Of a stretch of DNA of 64,000 nucleotides, positions 45,802 through 56,510 are shown in pieces. The translations under genes and the position numbers were made by a program. The DNA is from Candidatus Binatia bacterium (lineage in GTDB: Bacteria > Desulfobacterota > Binatia > Bin18): positions 32,001 to 96,000 of the forward strand of contig CAXXHG010000024.1 of the NCBI GenBank assembly GCA_963666315.2, in the 5' to 3' direction. Under the pieces are notes generated by a model. The model was not told where the DNA came from and searched no databases. It saw only the letters and a list, made by a program, of their open reading frames with translations. Numbering within the stretch: position 1 is the stretch's first letter; every line of letters begins with the position of its first letter.

Positions 45802-48201
45802 ATGGGCACCGGGGTAAAGAATATGGAATCAACGCAAGGTGGGACCGGAAAAATGATTGGCGCCCGGGTGCGCCGGGTTGAAGATCCACGCGTCCTGTTG
45901 GGCAAAACCCTGTACGTGGATGACCTTGATCTGCCTGATGCCGTCGCCCTGGCTTTTGTCCGCAGCCCGTACGCCCACGCACGCATCACCGGCATTGATG
46001 TGAGCGCGGCACAGGCGCACTCCGATGTGCTCTTGGTGTTAACCGGGACAGATGTCGCCGGCGTGATTAAGCCGCTCCGGGTCGAGTACGAGGCGAGTAA
46101 GGCTCCTACGCATAAGCCCTGTGACTGGCCGGTCCTGGCTCAGAAAAAAGTGCGCTTTGTGGGCGAGGCAGTTGCAGTTGTGGTTGCCACTGATCGCTAC
46201 ACTGCCGAAGACGCTGCGGACCTGGTTGATGTCGAGTACGAGGCCCTGGATACAATCTGGGACGTGGAGCAGGCGCTCGACCCTAACTCTCCGCTCGTCC
46301 ACGAGGAGTGGGGCGACAACGTTATGCAAACCGTGCAGGTTGAGATTGGAGCGGTCGGCAGCGCGTTTCAGGAAGCAGACTGTGTTGTTTCGGAACGCTT
46401 TGAGACGGGCCGCCACATGGCGTTGCCCATGGAAACACGCGGCTGTGTGGCCAGCTTTGAGCCCAGTCGAGATGCTTTGACGCTGTGGTCCTCAACGCAG
46501 GTGCCGCATGTCTTACGAACGCATATCGCGGCCTTGCTCGACTTCCCGGAGCATCACATTCGCGTGGTGGCACCTGATGTTGGCGGCGGGTTTGGACAGA
46601 AGGCTCACGTCTTTCCTGAGGAAGTGGTTGCGTCGTATATTGCCCTACAGCTTAAAAAACCGGTCAAATGGATTGAAGACCGGCGTGAGAATTTGTCGGC
46701 CTCAATGCACGCCAAGCAGCAGGTAGTACACGCCGAGCTGGCCTTCAACAAGGATGGCACCATCCTGGCAGCTAAAGGCCGTTTTGTGGCTGATGTTGGT
46801 TCGTATTCCGAATTTCCCTGGGGGTCGGCGTTTGAGGCCGGCCATGCGGCCTCCACCATGCCGGGGCCATACAAAGTCCCGGCGTTCAGTTTCGAGGCCG
46901 TCTCAGTCGCGACCAATAAAACCACCATCGGCGTATACCGCGGAGTGGGCTTGCCCATCGGCGTTCTCACCATGGAGCGCCTCATGGATATGGCTGCCCA
47001 AAGACTCGGTCTTGATCCGGCTGAACTCCGCTTGCGTAATATGATACGCAAAGAAGATCATCCCTATACCACCATTGTAGGCGCGGAGATTGAAAGCGGC
47101 AGCCATCAGGAATCCTTGCAAAAAGCGTTAGATATGCTGGGCTATCAAGGTTTCCGAACGGAACAGGCGCAGGCGCGACAGCACGGCCGCTATCTGGGTG
47201 TCGGCATCGGCTGTTATGTCGAGGGGACTGCGCCTAGTTCGGTGGCCTTCGAGTCGATGGGCCTGAACCTGGGCGGCTATGAGTCGGCAACGGTTCGTAT
47301 GGATGTTGCCGGCAAGGTAACCCTTTTGGTTGGCACTCACTCGCATGGACAAAGCCACGAGACAACCTATGCCCAGGTCGCGGCTGACGAACTGGGGGTG
47401 CCTGTGGCTGACGTCCGAGTGATTGAGGGTGATACGACCGCCGTGCCGTACGGCATGGGTACCTGGGGCAGCCGCAGTGCAGTAACCGGAGGGGGGGCGA
47501 TCTCCAAGGCGTCACAAAAACTGCGCAATAAGATGCTGCGTATAGCGGCGCGTCTTTCCGAGGTGCCGGATGACGACCTTGAGCTGGCCGAGGGACTGAT
47601 CCGGCGCAAAACCGATGGGACCCCGTTAATGCCGATCAAAGACCTGGCGCAGCGTATCCTCATGAGGCCCGGCGGTTTACCCCCGGATGAAGAACCCGGC
47701 CTGGACATGACCGCCCACTATGAACCTCCCCCCGCAACGCACGCCAATGCGAGCCATGTGGCCACGCTCGAAGTGGATATTGAAACCGGACAGATCACTC
47801 TGCTGCGCTATATTGTGGTCGAAGACTGCGGCACCATTATCAATCCCATGGTCGTTGATGGCCAGATTCAAGGCGGCGTGGCGCAGGGGATAGGCACGGC
47901 CATGTATGAACACGCCATCTATGACGAAAACGGTCAATTTCTGACCGGCACGTTGATGGACTATCTCATCCCGACTGCAGTCGACGTGCCCCAGGTGGAA
48001 ATCGGCCATATCGAAAGTCCGTCTCCGCATACGCCGCATGGCATTAAAGGCGTAGGCGAGGGCGGCGCTATTGCCCCGCCTGCGGCTATTGCCAATGCTG
48101 TGGCGGACGCATTGTCGCCGTTTGGGGTACGGGTAAACGAGATTCCGCTCACACCTGAGCGAGTGCTGACCCTGCTTGATGGGGCGAAGTCGGAGCAATA
48201 A
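45802..48201 (+). CDS. Xanthine dehydrogenase-family molybdopterin subunit (CoxL-like, not form I CODH)
   Basis: 'VGGGFGQK', active-site loop 'VYRGVG', 'HGQSHET', 'GIKGVGE'. Confidence 0.92.
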   Translation: MGTGVKNMESTQGGTGKMIGARVRRVEDPRVLLGKTLYVDDLDLPDAVALAFVRSPYAHARITGIDVSAAQAHSDVLLVLTGTDVAGVIKPLRVEYEASKAPTHKPCDWPVLAQKKVRFVGEAVAVVVATDRYTAEDAADLVDVEYEALDTIWDVEQALDPNSPLVHEEWGDNVMQTVQVEIGAVGSAFQEADCVVSERFETGRHMALPMETRGCVASFEPSRDALTLWSSTQVPHVLRTHIAALLDFPEHHIRVVAPDVGGGFGQKAHVFPEEVVASYIALQLKKPVKWIEDRRENLSASMHAKQQVVHAELAFNKDGTILAAKGRFVADVGSYSEFPWGSAFEAGHAASTMPGPYKVPAFSFEAVSVATNKTTIGVYRGVGLPIGVLTMERLMDMAAQRLGLDPAELRLRNMIRKEDHPYTTIVGAEIESGSHQESLQKALDMLGYQGFRTEQAQARQHGRYLGVGIGCYVEGTAPSSVAFESMGLNLGGYESATVRMDVAGKVTLLVGTHSHGQSHETTYAQVAADELGVPVADVRVIEGDTTAVPYGMGTWGSRSAVTGGGAISKASQKLRNKMLRIAARLSEVPDDDLELAEGLIRRKTDGTPLMPIKDLAQRILMRPGGLPPDEEPGLDMTAHYEPPPATHANASHVATLEVDIETGQITLLRYIVVEDCGTIINPMVVDGQIQGGVAQGIGTAMYEHAIYDENGQFLTGTLMDYLIPTAVDVPQVEIGHIESPSPHTPHGIKGVGEGGAIAPPAAIANAVADALSPFGVRVNEIPLTPERVLTLLDGAKSEQ

Positions 48202-48284
48202 CTACCGTTCGCATCCGACACCCATCCCGTAAGGCTGGTTAACGGAGCGTAACCAGACATCGGGCTGAGCTATAATCAATCTCA

Positions 48285-49202
48285 TCAATCTAGCCCCTCT
48301 CGCAGGGGCGTATGCGGAACACGCTCTTTCCAGGGTGTGTAGGTACGCGCGTTTTCTTGGGTGATGAGCCGCCCCAGCGCAGCGATGGACAGTTCACCTT
48401 GCAGATCTTCCTTATCAATCAACACGCGCGTGACTAAGTCCCCAACCGTAGCGCCAATATCAGTGATACCAATATCCCAGGTCCCGTGGCAGCGTCCGGC
48501 TACAACCGCCTCAACCGCTTTGGGGCTCCCATTGCGAGACACGAGTTTCATTTCTCCTGCGCGTCCGACCTCTTCAATGGCATCTAGGGTTACCAGCATG
48601 GTTTCGTCGTTAAACGGAATCAGGCCATCTAAACGACCAAAATCCGCTAACACCCGCCGGGCCGCTGTACGCCCGCCCTTGGCAACGTCTTCCAGATTCC
48701 GATAATGCGCTTCAAAAGGATCGTTCAGCAGCGTGAGACCGCTCTGTTTCACCCCATGTACAATGCCGAGAACCAGCTCGCTATCATCAATGACTTCCGG
48801 ACCACCGATCACGACCACCTCCGCTTTGGGGGACAGCAGCGAAGCCAGATACTCCGCCATATACACCCCGTGATTAAAGTTCGCGTAGACCAGCGACGCT
48901 GCGACCGGGTAACGTGGCCGCTCAAAGGTAAACACCGGGATGCCGTGCGTGCGCGCGGCCGCAACGGCATCGGCCGGTTCCAGCGGGTCCAAGACGTAGA
49001 CGACGATCGCGTCTACGCCTGCAGCGATCCCGCGCTGAACCGCTTGTGTCTGGCCCTCGATCCAACCGGACTCGCGTACGTCAACCGTGAGGGTGCGTAA
49101 CTCAACGCCAGATTGTTGCAGCCGGTGATCCAGGCCGTGGGCCAGCGCGTCCAGACCGGGATGGGCGCCGTAGGCCATGACATTGACGTATAACACCTGC
49201 AT
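48285..49202 (-). CDS. Sugar-binding-protein-fold (RbsB/LacI-effector type) protein without signal peptide
   Basis: 'VDAIVVY', 'GIPVFT', 'NDETML', 'RNGSP.AVEAV..G'. Confidence 0.7.
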   Translation of the reverse strand: MQVLYVNVMAYGAHPGLDALAHGLDHRLQQSGVELRTLTVDVRESGWIEGQTQAVQRGIAAGVDAIVVYVLDPLEPADAVAAARTHGIPVFTFERPRYPVAASLVYANFNHGVYMAEYLASLLSPKAEVVVIGGPEVIDDSELVLGIVHGVKQSGLTLLNDPFEAHYRNLEDVAKGGRTAARRVLADFGRLDGLIPFNDETMLVTLDAIEEVGRAGEMKLVSRNGSPKAVEAVVAGRCHGTWDIGITDIGATVGDLVTRVLIDKEDLQGELSIAALGRLITQENARTYTPWKERVPHTPLREGLD

Positions 49203-49230
49203 GAATTCCCCTTCTTACAGTCCAGCTGTC

Positions 49231-49965
49231 TTACAGTCCTATCGACAGCGGCGTCCAACTAACGCGCTCCGACCACGGTCGCCAAACATCGATATTGTCC
49301 TGGGTGATGATTCTGCCGACCGGACCCACGGTCTGAAATCCTTCAAACACTTCTTTGTCGACCAGATGTCGGACAATGACCTCTCCGAGCGTCGTGCCTA
49401 TGCCCGAAGCATCTAGGTCCGAGGTACCAACTATACGGCCCGCGCGCACGGCTTCCACTGCTGCCGGCGAACCGTTACGGGAAATGATTTTCATCTCCTT
49501 GGCCCGCCCGGCTGCTTCAACACATGCCAGCGCGCCGAGCATGGTCTCATCGTTATATGGAATCAGGCCGTCGATACACGGAAATTCCTCCAAAATTCTC
49601 AGTGTTGGTTCCCGCGCACCAGCGGCTATATCTTTGTGATTACAATACCGTTGCTCGCCTGGATCGTTCAGTAGCTGGCAATGGCTGCGTTTGAGGGTAA
49701 ACACCAAACCTGCCAGTTCTTCAGAGTCATCGACGGAATCCGGTCCGCCTATGATGGCCACCTTGCTGCCGTCGGCCAAGATCGAGGTGAGATATTCGGC
49801 CATGCCGACACCATGGTTAAAGTTCGGATACACCACAGACGCATTCACGGCGTAGCGTGGACGCACAAAAGTAAAAACCGGAATACCGGCTGCCCGGGCT
49901 GTGGTGACGGGCTCCTCAAACGCCGTAAGATCAATGATGTACACTATGATCGCATCGACCTGCGC
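49231..49965 (-). pseudogene. 5'-truncated paralog of the adjacent binding-protein gene
   Basis: Same motifs as 48285-49202 but lacks the first ~60 aa; joined to the LDH 3' end. Confidence 0.7.
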
Positions 49966-50940
49966 CCGCTCTAGCTCTGAATCCGGCCCTAGCACGCGGG
50001 GTAGCCAGGCGCAAGTCAGACCTGCTGTATCGTATCTTCAATTTGTGAATCGCGCTGCGAACGACGCGGGCCGAGCGTCGAAAATCACGCTTTTCCTTGC
50101 CGTTGAGCTGAGGATGAAGCTGGCGAACGATGCCATGGCGGCCGATGCCGACGGGAATTGAGAGGCACACGTCCTGCACGTCTTCAAAGCCGTCAATAAG
50201 CGTCGATACCGGCATGGTGCGATGGGCGTCGTGCACGATGCTGTCAATAATAAGCACAGCCGCTGGCGCAACAGTAAAATTTGTATGGCCTTTGTGCTGA
50301 ACGACTTCATAACCGGAACGGACAGTTTGTTTAAACAGGCGGCGGGCAGCGTGATGCCCGCCGACCCACTCCCCGCCGCTTAAGGTAAGACTTAAAGCCG
50401 GAAACTGGGTGTCTTCGTGCTCACCCAAAACATACGTCCGCAAGTCGTCCGGGTGGATGCCGACTTCTTGGCTCAATAACCCGCGAAACCGAGCGCTATC
50501 GATAATAGTGCCGGTACCAAAAACACGCTGGGGTTCCACACCCGACAGCTTCCATGCCACGTAGGTCATCACATCGACCGGATTCGTAATGATCAACACA
50601 CACGCGCGAGGACTGTACTCGACAAGTTCGGGGATATATTGGCAGAGAATTTCTACGTTGCCCGCTGCCAGATCATGCCGCGTTGTGTGTTGTGGTCCGA
50701 GCGGCACGGACGCGCACATCACGATGATCTCCGATTGCTGCGTATCCGCGATCCTGCCTGCGTGTATCTGTAACGGGTTCAGACACAAGCGTGCTGGCAT
50801 GGGCTCAAATCGAGGGCTTCGCCCACCGCGACTTGGTGAGACCGATTGACGAGGACCAGCTCGTCGGCGAAGCCCTTTACCACCAGTGCAAAGCCGAGTG
50901 TCGAACCAACCCGGCCCATGCCGATAAGAGCGATCTTCAT
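49931..50940 (-). pseudogene. L-lactate/malate dehydrogenase, frameshifted near 50790, native stop lost
   Basis: 'MKIALIGMGRVG' Rossmann start at 50940; other frame has 'ITNPVDVMT', 'IDSARFR', 'LGEH', 'KGHTN'. Confidence 0.8.
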
Positions 50941-51017
50941 GGCTGGCCCTCACTGGCCCCACATTCTCTGTTCCGAATCTGAGGGAGCTGTCTAGCGCTT
51001 GCTTGCACCAGTAGCCG

Positions 51018-51386
51018 CTAGCCAGCCTTGGGCGTGACCGGTCGATGATAATCGCGCAGTTCTTTGATCTTGCCGTCAACGATACCGGCAATCTCAGCTC
51101 CCAGTGCTTCGACGACCTTGCCCACGCGCGGACGTGTCCCGTGGAAGAACGATTCGGCGACGGCATGACCGTCATGGCTAGTGAGAGTGTGCAGGTCGCA
51201 GTGGCCGTCAGGGAACAGGGCAAAAGACGTCTCATACGAGCGCCGGACCTCATCCTTACCCTCTATCTGGCGTCCTTGGGAATCAATAATGCGAGCGGAG
51301 TCGTGAAAGCAGGCCATGACTCCTTCGATATCGTGACTGTTAAAGGCGTCGAAATACTGTTGGATGAGCGTTTCTTCTGGCGTCAT
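51018..51386 (-). CDS. SnoaL/NTF2-like protein
   Basis: 'YFDAFNSHDIEGV', 'DGKIKELRDY'. Confidence 0.88.
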   Translation of the reverse strand: MTPEETLIQQYFDAFNSHDIEGVMACFHDSARIIDSQGRQIEGKDEVRRSYETSFALFPDGHCDLHTLTSHDGHAVAESFFHGTRPRVGKVVEALGAEIAGIVDGKIKELRDYHRPVTPKAG

Positions 51387-51732
51387 GGTGATTCCCTCCC
51401 TGCTCCGATATTAGCGCGGTTTTCACTTGGCCGGAACCTCGCATGTGCAGGACTTCGGTAAAGCCTCTATGTTCCGTGTAGAGGGACGTAGGGTCAGACC
51501 ATTTGTCACACCTTCGGGGTGGAGTCCGGCTTTTTGGTTGTGAAGCGACGGTCTGGGTGCCTTCTCCCTGAAGGGAGAAGGCTAGGATGAGGGGGAAAGA
51601 AAGGGTGGTATTCCTTATTTTCTCATTCCTCAGGGAAGCGAGGGGTAATATGAGTTCTCGAAAGGGAAGGGCTATGCTAATCAGCAATTAAACTGGCAAA
51701 CTGGCAAACAGGAACGAATGTGAGAGAAGATA

Positions 51733-52074
51733 ATGAGTGAAAGCAATACCAAAGGCATAGTCTCTGACTATCAAGAGACGATCTCTAAATTCGGCACGCA
51801 TGAACCACGTCCCTATGGTTTGGGACTAGCGCATGGCTCTATGTACACCTTGGTCTACCGTCCACCCAATCCAGACGATCAGCAACCGCACGATCAAGAC
51901 GAGCTATATATCCCGATGAACGGCAGCGGGACGCTCGTCGTTGGTGATGAGTGCCATCCGTTCAAGACGGGAGATATGTTGTTCGTCCCAGCTCATGCAG
52001 AACATCGCTTTGAGGACTTTACGGTTGGGCTGATGCTGTGGGCGGTTTTTTATGGCCCGAAGGGCGGGGAGTAG
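51733..52074 (+). CDS. Cupin domain protein
   Basis: 'QQPHDQDELY', 'FVPAHAEHRF', 'VFYGPKGGE'. Confidence 0.9.
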   Translation: MSESNTKGIVSDYQETISKFGTHEPRPYGLGLAHGSMYTLVYRPPNPDDQQPHDQDELYIPMNGSGTLVVGDECHPFKTGDMLFVPAHAEHRFEDFTVGLMLWAVFYGPKGGE

Positions 52075-52143
52075 GGGGAAACCCGCCCCGGCGCCACGCG
52101 CCACCCCTCCAAGGAGGGGATTTATGATATTCGATCTGAGACT

Positions 52144-52338
52144 ATGCTGCTCTTGGCCCTTTTGCTCTTCTTCTCCGCCTGTGATCTCTCTGATTCAAAT
52201 GAATCAAACCCGCCCGCCAAATGCACCAAGATCGGAGCCCTGTGCCAACTCCCGGACGGTCCGCTCGGCGTCTGCCTATCCGCTCCATGCTCCGGAGATG
52301 AAACTCCGCCGTGCTTTGCTTGTACCCCGCAGCACTAA
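52144..52338 (+). CDS. Small Cys-rich lipoprotein
   Basis: Lipobox 'FSAC' followed by six further Cys in ~40 aa. Confidence 0.6.
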   Translation: MLLLALLLFFSACDLSDSNESNPPAKCTKIGALCQLPDGPLGVCLSAPCSGDETPPCFACTPQH

Positions 52339-52353
52339 AGGAAGCTCCCCATC

Positions 52354-52641
52354 TTATTCTGGACTTTCTTGAGTCAAGAATTCACGCAGCAGCTCATAGA
52401 CCGTCTGTCGCGGTCCCACATAGATAATCAGGATCCTCGTGGTCTCGATCTGATAAAAAATCCGATAGCGGGCAACAGGGAAAGACCATAGGCCTGAGAG
52501 TGCTCTTTGGAGGGGTCTCCCTTTGCGTGAATTTTTGGCCAGCTCATCCATTGTCCTGCGCAGAATTCGCTTGAGATCAGGATGAAGATGGCGGAGAACG
52601 CGCTGCGTTGTTTCTGAAACAAATACGGGAAGTCGCTTCAT
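52354..52641 (-). CDS. RelE/ParE toxin
   Basis: 'GRPL..ALSGLWS..VARYRIFY', 'VGPRQTVYE'. Confidence 0.88.
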   Translation of the reverse strand: MKRLPVFVSETTQRVLRHLHPDLKRILRRTMDELAKNSRKGRPLQRALSGLWSFPVARYRIFYQIETTRILIIYVGPRQTVYELLREFLTQESPE

Positions 52642-52904
52642 TCGTCGAATGCGTCAGCAAGGCGAACGACTCGGCCAGCCTGAACGTCCTTTAGCCCAGC
52701 TCGGATTGCTCGTACCGCCTGTCGACCGGCGAGAATATCAATAGTCTCTAACAGACCTGAGAACTCTTCGTAGTTGAGGAGAACGGCTTTTGGCAATCTA
52801 TTGTTGGTAATCACAATATTCTCGTGCTCGTCTTCAACCCGACGTAACAATTCGAGCAATTTAGCCTTAGCCAACGAGACCGGAATATGTTTCTCAATAT
52901 TCAT
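52638..52904 (-). CDS. Phd/YefM antitoxin
   Basis: 'AKAKLLELLRRV', 'VIT..PKAVLL..EEF..LLETIDIL'; 4-nt overlap with the toxin. Confidence 0.9.
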   Translation of the reverse strand: MNIEKHIPVSLAKAKLLELLRRVEDEHENIVITNNRLPKAVLLNYEEFSGLLETIDILAGRQAVRAIRAGLKDVQAGRVVRLADAFDE

Positions 52905-53053
52905 AACAGCCTAGTCATTTAAATGTCTGTTATTCTGTCTGTAGCAAAAACCCGGTACAGTCAATGAAATAGCCTCCATAGCTCCTAAGTTGACCATCAC
53001 CGCCTGGTATGATTAGCGGCTAGGTTGAGCTTTGCAATCGGGAGAAAACACGC

Positions 53054-54406
53054 ATGAGCAATTACGATTATGATTTCTTTGTCTTAGGTGCCGGTTCCGG
53101 TGGGGTGCGGGCGAGTCGGATTGCGGCATCGTATGGGGCTAAGACTGCGGTTGTTGAAGAACGCTATCTGGGCGGAACCTGTGTGAATGTGGGCTGTATC
53201 CCCAAAAAACTGCTCGTGTATGCCTCGGAGTTCAACGATCATTTTGAGGATGCAGCTGGCTTTGGCTGGACCGTGGGCGAACGCAGGGTCGATTGGAAAA
53301 AGCTGATCGCGAACAAAGACAAAGAAATCAATCGGCTCAATGGCGTGTACCGCAATCTACTGGAAGGCGCCGGCGCGGAGATTATCGAAGGTACGGCACG
53401 CCTGACCGATGCGCATACGATAGAAGTGGAGGGAAAGCCGTATACTTCAGAATATATTTTGATTGCCACTGGTGGCTGGCCGCACTTCCCCCCAACCCCG
53501 GGCATCGAATATGCCATCACGTCCAACGAAGCTTTTCACTTAGACGAGCTGCCCACACGCGTCATCATTGTCGGTGGCGGTTATATTGCGGTCGAGTTTG
53601 CAACGATTTTCCACGGCCTTGGTGCACGAGTAACAGAACTCTACCGGGGCGCGCTGTTCTTGCGTGGCTTTGATGTGGATGTGCGCGAAATGTTGGCTGC
53701 TGCAATGCGCAAGCGCGGTGTGGGTCTACGCTTCAACGCGGACGTGAGTCGCATCGAGAAAACCGCAGATGGTATCAAAGCCTCTCTCCAGGACGGTAGC
53801 GAGCTCGAAGCCGATATCATCATGTACGCTGCCGGCCGTTTACCAAATACAAAAGACCTGGGTCTTGAGCAGGCTGGCATTGAGATGAACGATATCGGCG
53901 CGGTGTTGGTAGACGAATACTCCCGTTCCCGCGTGCCGCATATCTTTGCGGTCGGCGATTGTACAGACCGGCTGAATCTTACCCCGATGGCCGTTGCCGA
54001 GGGCCACGCAGTTGCTGAAACGCTGTTCAATAACAATCCAACCCGGCCAGATCACATGAATGTGGCGACAGCGGTCTTTAGCCATCCCAATATTGGAACA
54101 GTGGGCTTGACCGAAGAAATAGCTCGCAAAGAATACGAAGCTATTGACGTGTATACATCCGCCTTCCGTCCGCTGAAGCACACCTTGAGCGGGCGAGACG
54201 AAAATACGTTTATGAAACTGGTTGTCGATCAAAAGTCAGATCGGGTGATTGGCTGCCATATGGTCGGCCCGGATGCCGGGGAGATCATTCAGGGCATTTC
54301 TATTGCTGTCAAATGCAATGCAACTAAAGCCCAGTTCGACGCCACAATCGGCATTCATCCCACATCGGCGGAAGAGTTTGTGACCATGCGCCAAAAGGCG
54401 GCGTGA
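53054..54406 (+). CDS. gor: Glutathione-disulfide reductase
   Basis: 'GGTCVNVGCIPKK', 'GGGYIAVE', 'HPTSAEEFVTM'. Confidence 0.95.
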   Translation: MSNYDYDFFVLGAGSGGVRASRIAASYGAKTAVVEERYLGGTCVNVGCIPKKLLVYASEFNDHFEDAAGFGWTVGERRVDWKKLIANKDKEINRLNGVYRNLLEGAGAEIIEGTARLTDAHTIEVEGKPYTSEYILIATGGWPHFPPTPGIEYAITSNEAFHLDELPTRVIIVGGGYIAVEFATIFHGLGARVTELYRGALFLRGFDVDVREMLAAAMRKRGVGLRFNADVSRIEKTADGIKASLQDGSELEADIIMYAAGRLPNTKDLGLEQAGIEMNDIGAVLVDEYSRSRVPHIFAVGDCTDRLNLTPMAVAEGHAVAETLFNNNPTRPDHMNVATAVFSHPNIGTVGLTEEIARKEYEAIDVYTSAFRPLKHTLSGRDENTFMKLVVDQKSDRVIGCHMVGPDAGEIIQGISIAVKCNATKAQFDATIGIHPTSAEEFVTMRQKAA

Positions 54407-54430
54407 ACCGCAGGCTATCGGCTCACGCCC

Positions 54431-54454
54431 GGGCGAGGTGACCTCGCCCCTACA
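54431..54454. repeat. GTAG-type REP palindrome
   Basis: GGGCGAGGTGACCTCGCCCCTACA; near-identical copy at 57282-57305. Confidence 0.75.
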
Positions 54455-54461
54455 TCATTAA

Positions 54462-55151
54462 TTACGGCCAAATAACCCGGACTTCTTCGACCAGCAGGCC
54501 GACTGAATTTCGAATATCAACAAAATTCGGTACGTCGTTAAACTGCTCGACTTGCATCTCGTCAGAATGCCAGCCTTTTTCAAATGAGGCCATATCCGCC
54601 CAGGACAGTTCGGCGACGCCGTCGTACTTGGGCGTTTCGGCTCCATATGTCTCCGGTGCCACGTGGCATTGGACGTAGCGCTGCAGTCCAGGAGTTTTGG
54701 GAACTATGGGTGCATGTTTATTATGCCAATAATCCTGGAACTCGGCGACACTCAGGCCTGGTTTACGCTTGATCAGGAAAAGTGCTTTCACCCCGGGTGT
54801 GTCTTTGGCAAGCTCAGGTCCAGGTACGACCACATTCTCGCGCGTCATTAAAAACGACGGGCCTTCGTCAGAAATAAAATTCGGCTCATCCGCGTACGCG
54901 CCGTTAATGTAATCAGGATTGTCTCCCAGCCCCTGGCCCGTCTGCACATCTTCAAACCAAATTTCAGCCAAGCCTTCGTACGGACTGGTCGTAAAACCCG
55001 GAATATCTTGCGGAATCCGATGGCTCTGGACGTAGCGCTTGAGAGCCTTGATGCGCAGCGCCAACGGTGCGTGCACCTCACGCCAGTGACGGTGGAATTG
55101 TTCGAGGCTGATGTCCGGCTTTTTGGGAATGAGGGCATATCCTTTAATCAT
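54462..55151 (-). CDS. Tandem EthD-domain protein
   Basis: Two repeats of 'KP..S..F..W...HAP...L.RYVQ.H...Y.G.AE'. Confidence 0.9.
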   Translation of the reverse strand: MIKGYALIPKKPDISLEQFHRHWREVHAPLALRIKALKRYVQSHRIPQDIPGFTTSPYEGLAEIWFEDVQTGQGLGDNPDYINGAYADEPNFISDEGPSFLMTRENVVVPGPELAKDTPGVKALFLIKRKPGLSVAEFQDYWHNKHAPIVPKTPGLQRYVQCHVAPETYGAETPKYDGVAELSWADMASFEKGWHSDEMQVEQFNDVPNFVDIRNSVGLLVEEVRVIWP

Positions 55152-55225
55152 TGTTCTTCCTCCTTACGAAGCGAAACCTTAGGGCAGGCTGAGTTTTTCA
55201 TGCGGGGCGGGGGATTGCAAGCAAT

Positions 55226-56388
55226 TCACTCAAACAAAGCCTCAAACAAAGCCTCAAACCACGGCAACACTAGCTCTTCGTTTATCGAGTATGTATACCG
55301 TGACCCCAATCGGCTAACTTTTTATAGGTGACTTCGGCAAACCCGTTCCCGATGAGGGTGGCGTTCGCCATGCGGGCGGTCATGAACGGAAAGATGAAAT
55401 CCTGCGCGCCGTGGATAATCAGAATAGGCAGAGCTCTGGCCTTTTTGACATCAAACCAGGGTGGCAGCACGCCTGCGATAGGGGCAACACCACCAAATAG
55501 GTTCGGCCGGCTTGAGCCTAGGGTGTAGGCGAAGGTTCCGCCGTCAGACAAGCCGGTAACGAGAATCCGATCCGGGTCTATGGCGTACTCTGCGCGGATG
55601 CGATTGAGCATGGCTACTATTGAGAGCACATCTGAGAGCACATCGGGATCTGGGTTTTCGATCGCCCAGGTGCGACCCAACGACTTCGGGGCAAGCACGA
55701 TATAGCCTTTACTCTTCGCCTGCCGCAGCCACGTCAACAGATATTCATCATCCATCCCACTCCCGCCGTGCAGGGCTATAATCAGCCGCCAGTGCCGGTC
55801 TGGATCATAGTTCTCCGGCACATACAGGGAATACGCGCCGTGGTTACTGGATCGTGGCTGGTGCATGAAACCGACTTTTCTCTTCTGATTGGCAGCTCTT
55901 TTTTCGAGAGCTGCGAGGCGGGCGACTGCCTCCGGCAGCACCCAATACTGCTGCAGGGTCGGTGTGTATTGACGAATGGCGTACAAGCGGTAGCGGGCGC
56001 GGGGAAACGCAGCCCGACTTTGCAAAAATGCGCCAATAAGACTGGACCGATCACTCCGCACGAAGATGCCATACGTCGTATCCAGCAGACCTATAGCTGC
56101 ACGCCAGGTTTGGTCGAAATCCTCCAGTTCCGGCAGAGACGTCAGCTCATTCAGGTCCGCTCGAATTTGGACAAATTGATTGCCGACGGTTTTTGAGAGA
56201 ACGGATTGGAGTTGGACGAATTTTGCGGGGTGTAGTTGTTCCTGAAGGGCTTCGAATGTTCTCAGGAATTCAAGCACCGGCTTCTCTTGACCGGCAATCA
56301 CTGAGCGGTATGTGTCGCTCGCATAGGTGGGGGTGGCGAGCAGGGCAAGTATGGTTAATGTGGTTAGTACGGCTATGGGGAAGCGCAA
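55226..56388 (-). CDS. Phospholipase/carboxylesterase with an apparent frameshift near 55297
   Basis: 'ALHGG', 'TGLSDGG', 'HGAQD', 'WGH'; the natural tail 'YTYSINEELVLPWF' lies in another frame. Confidence 0.75.
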
Positions 56389-56510
56389 CCAGTGTAGCTG
56401 GTGTGACAGTGTGCTGAGCCTGGAGCATGGTCCTCGCTTATATCAGAGATTCGACCAAAGATGAGACGGGACTGGCTACGCCTGACTGATCCTTCTTCCC
56501 AGGCAGCTTC

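Noticed and set aside
45802-48201. Aerobic CO dehydrogenase
   Set aside because: The active-site loop is VYRGVG, lacking the Cu-binding Cys of AYxCSFR, and no coxDEFG accessory genes are present.
49931-51253. 440-aa ORF as a single novel protein
   Set aside because: It is a chimera of an off-frame SnoaL region, the frameshifted LDH body and read-through past a deletion junction.
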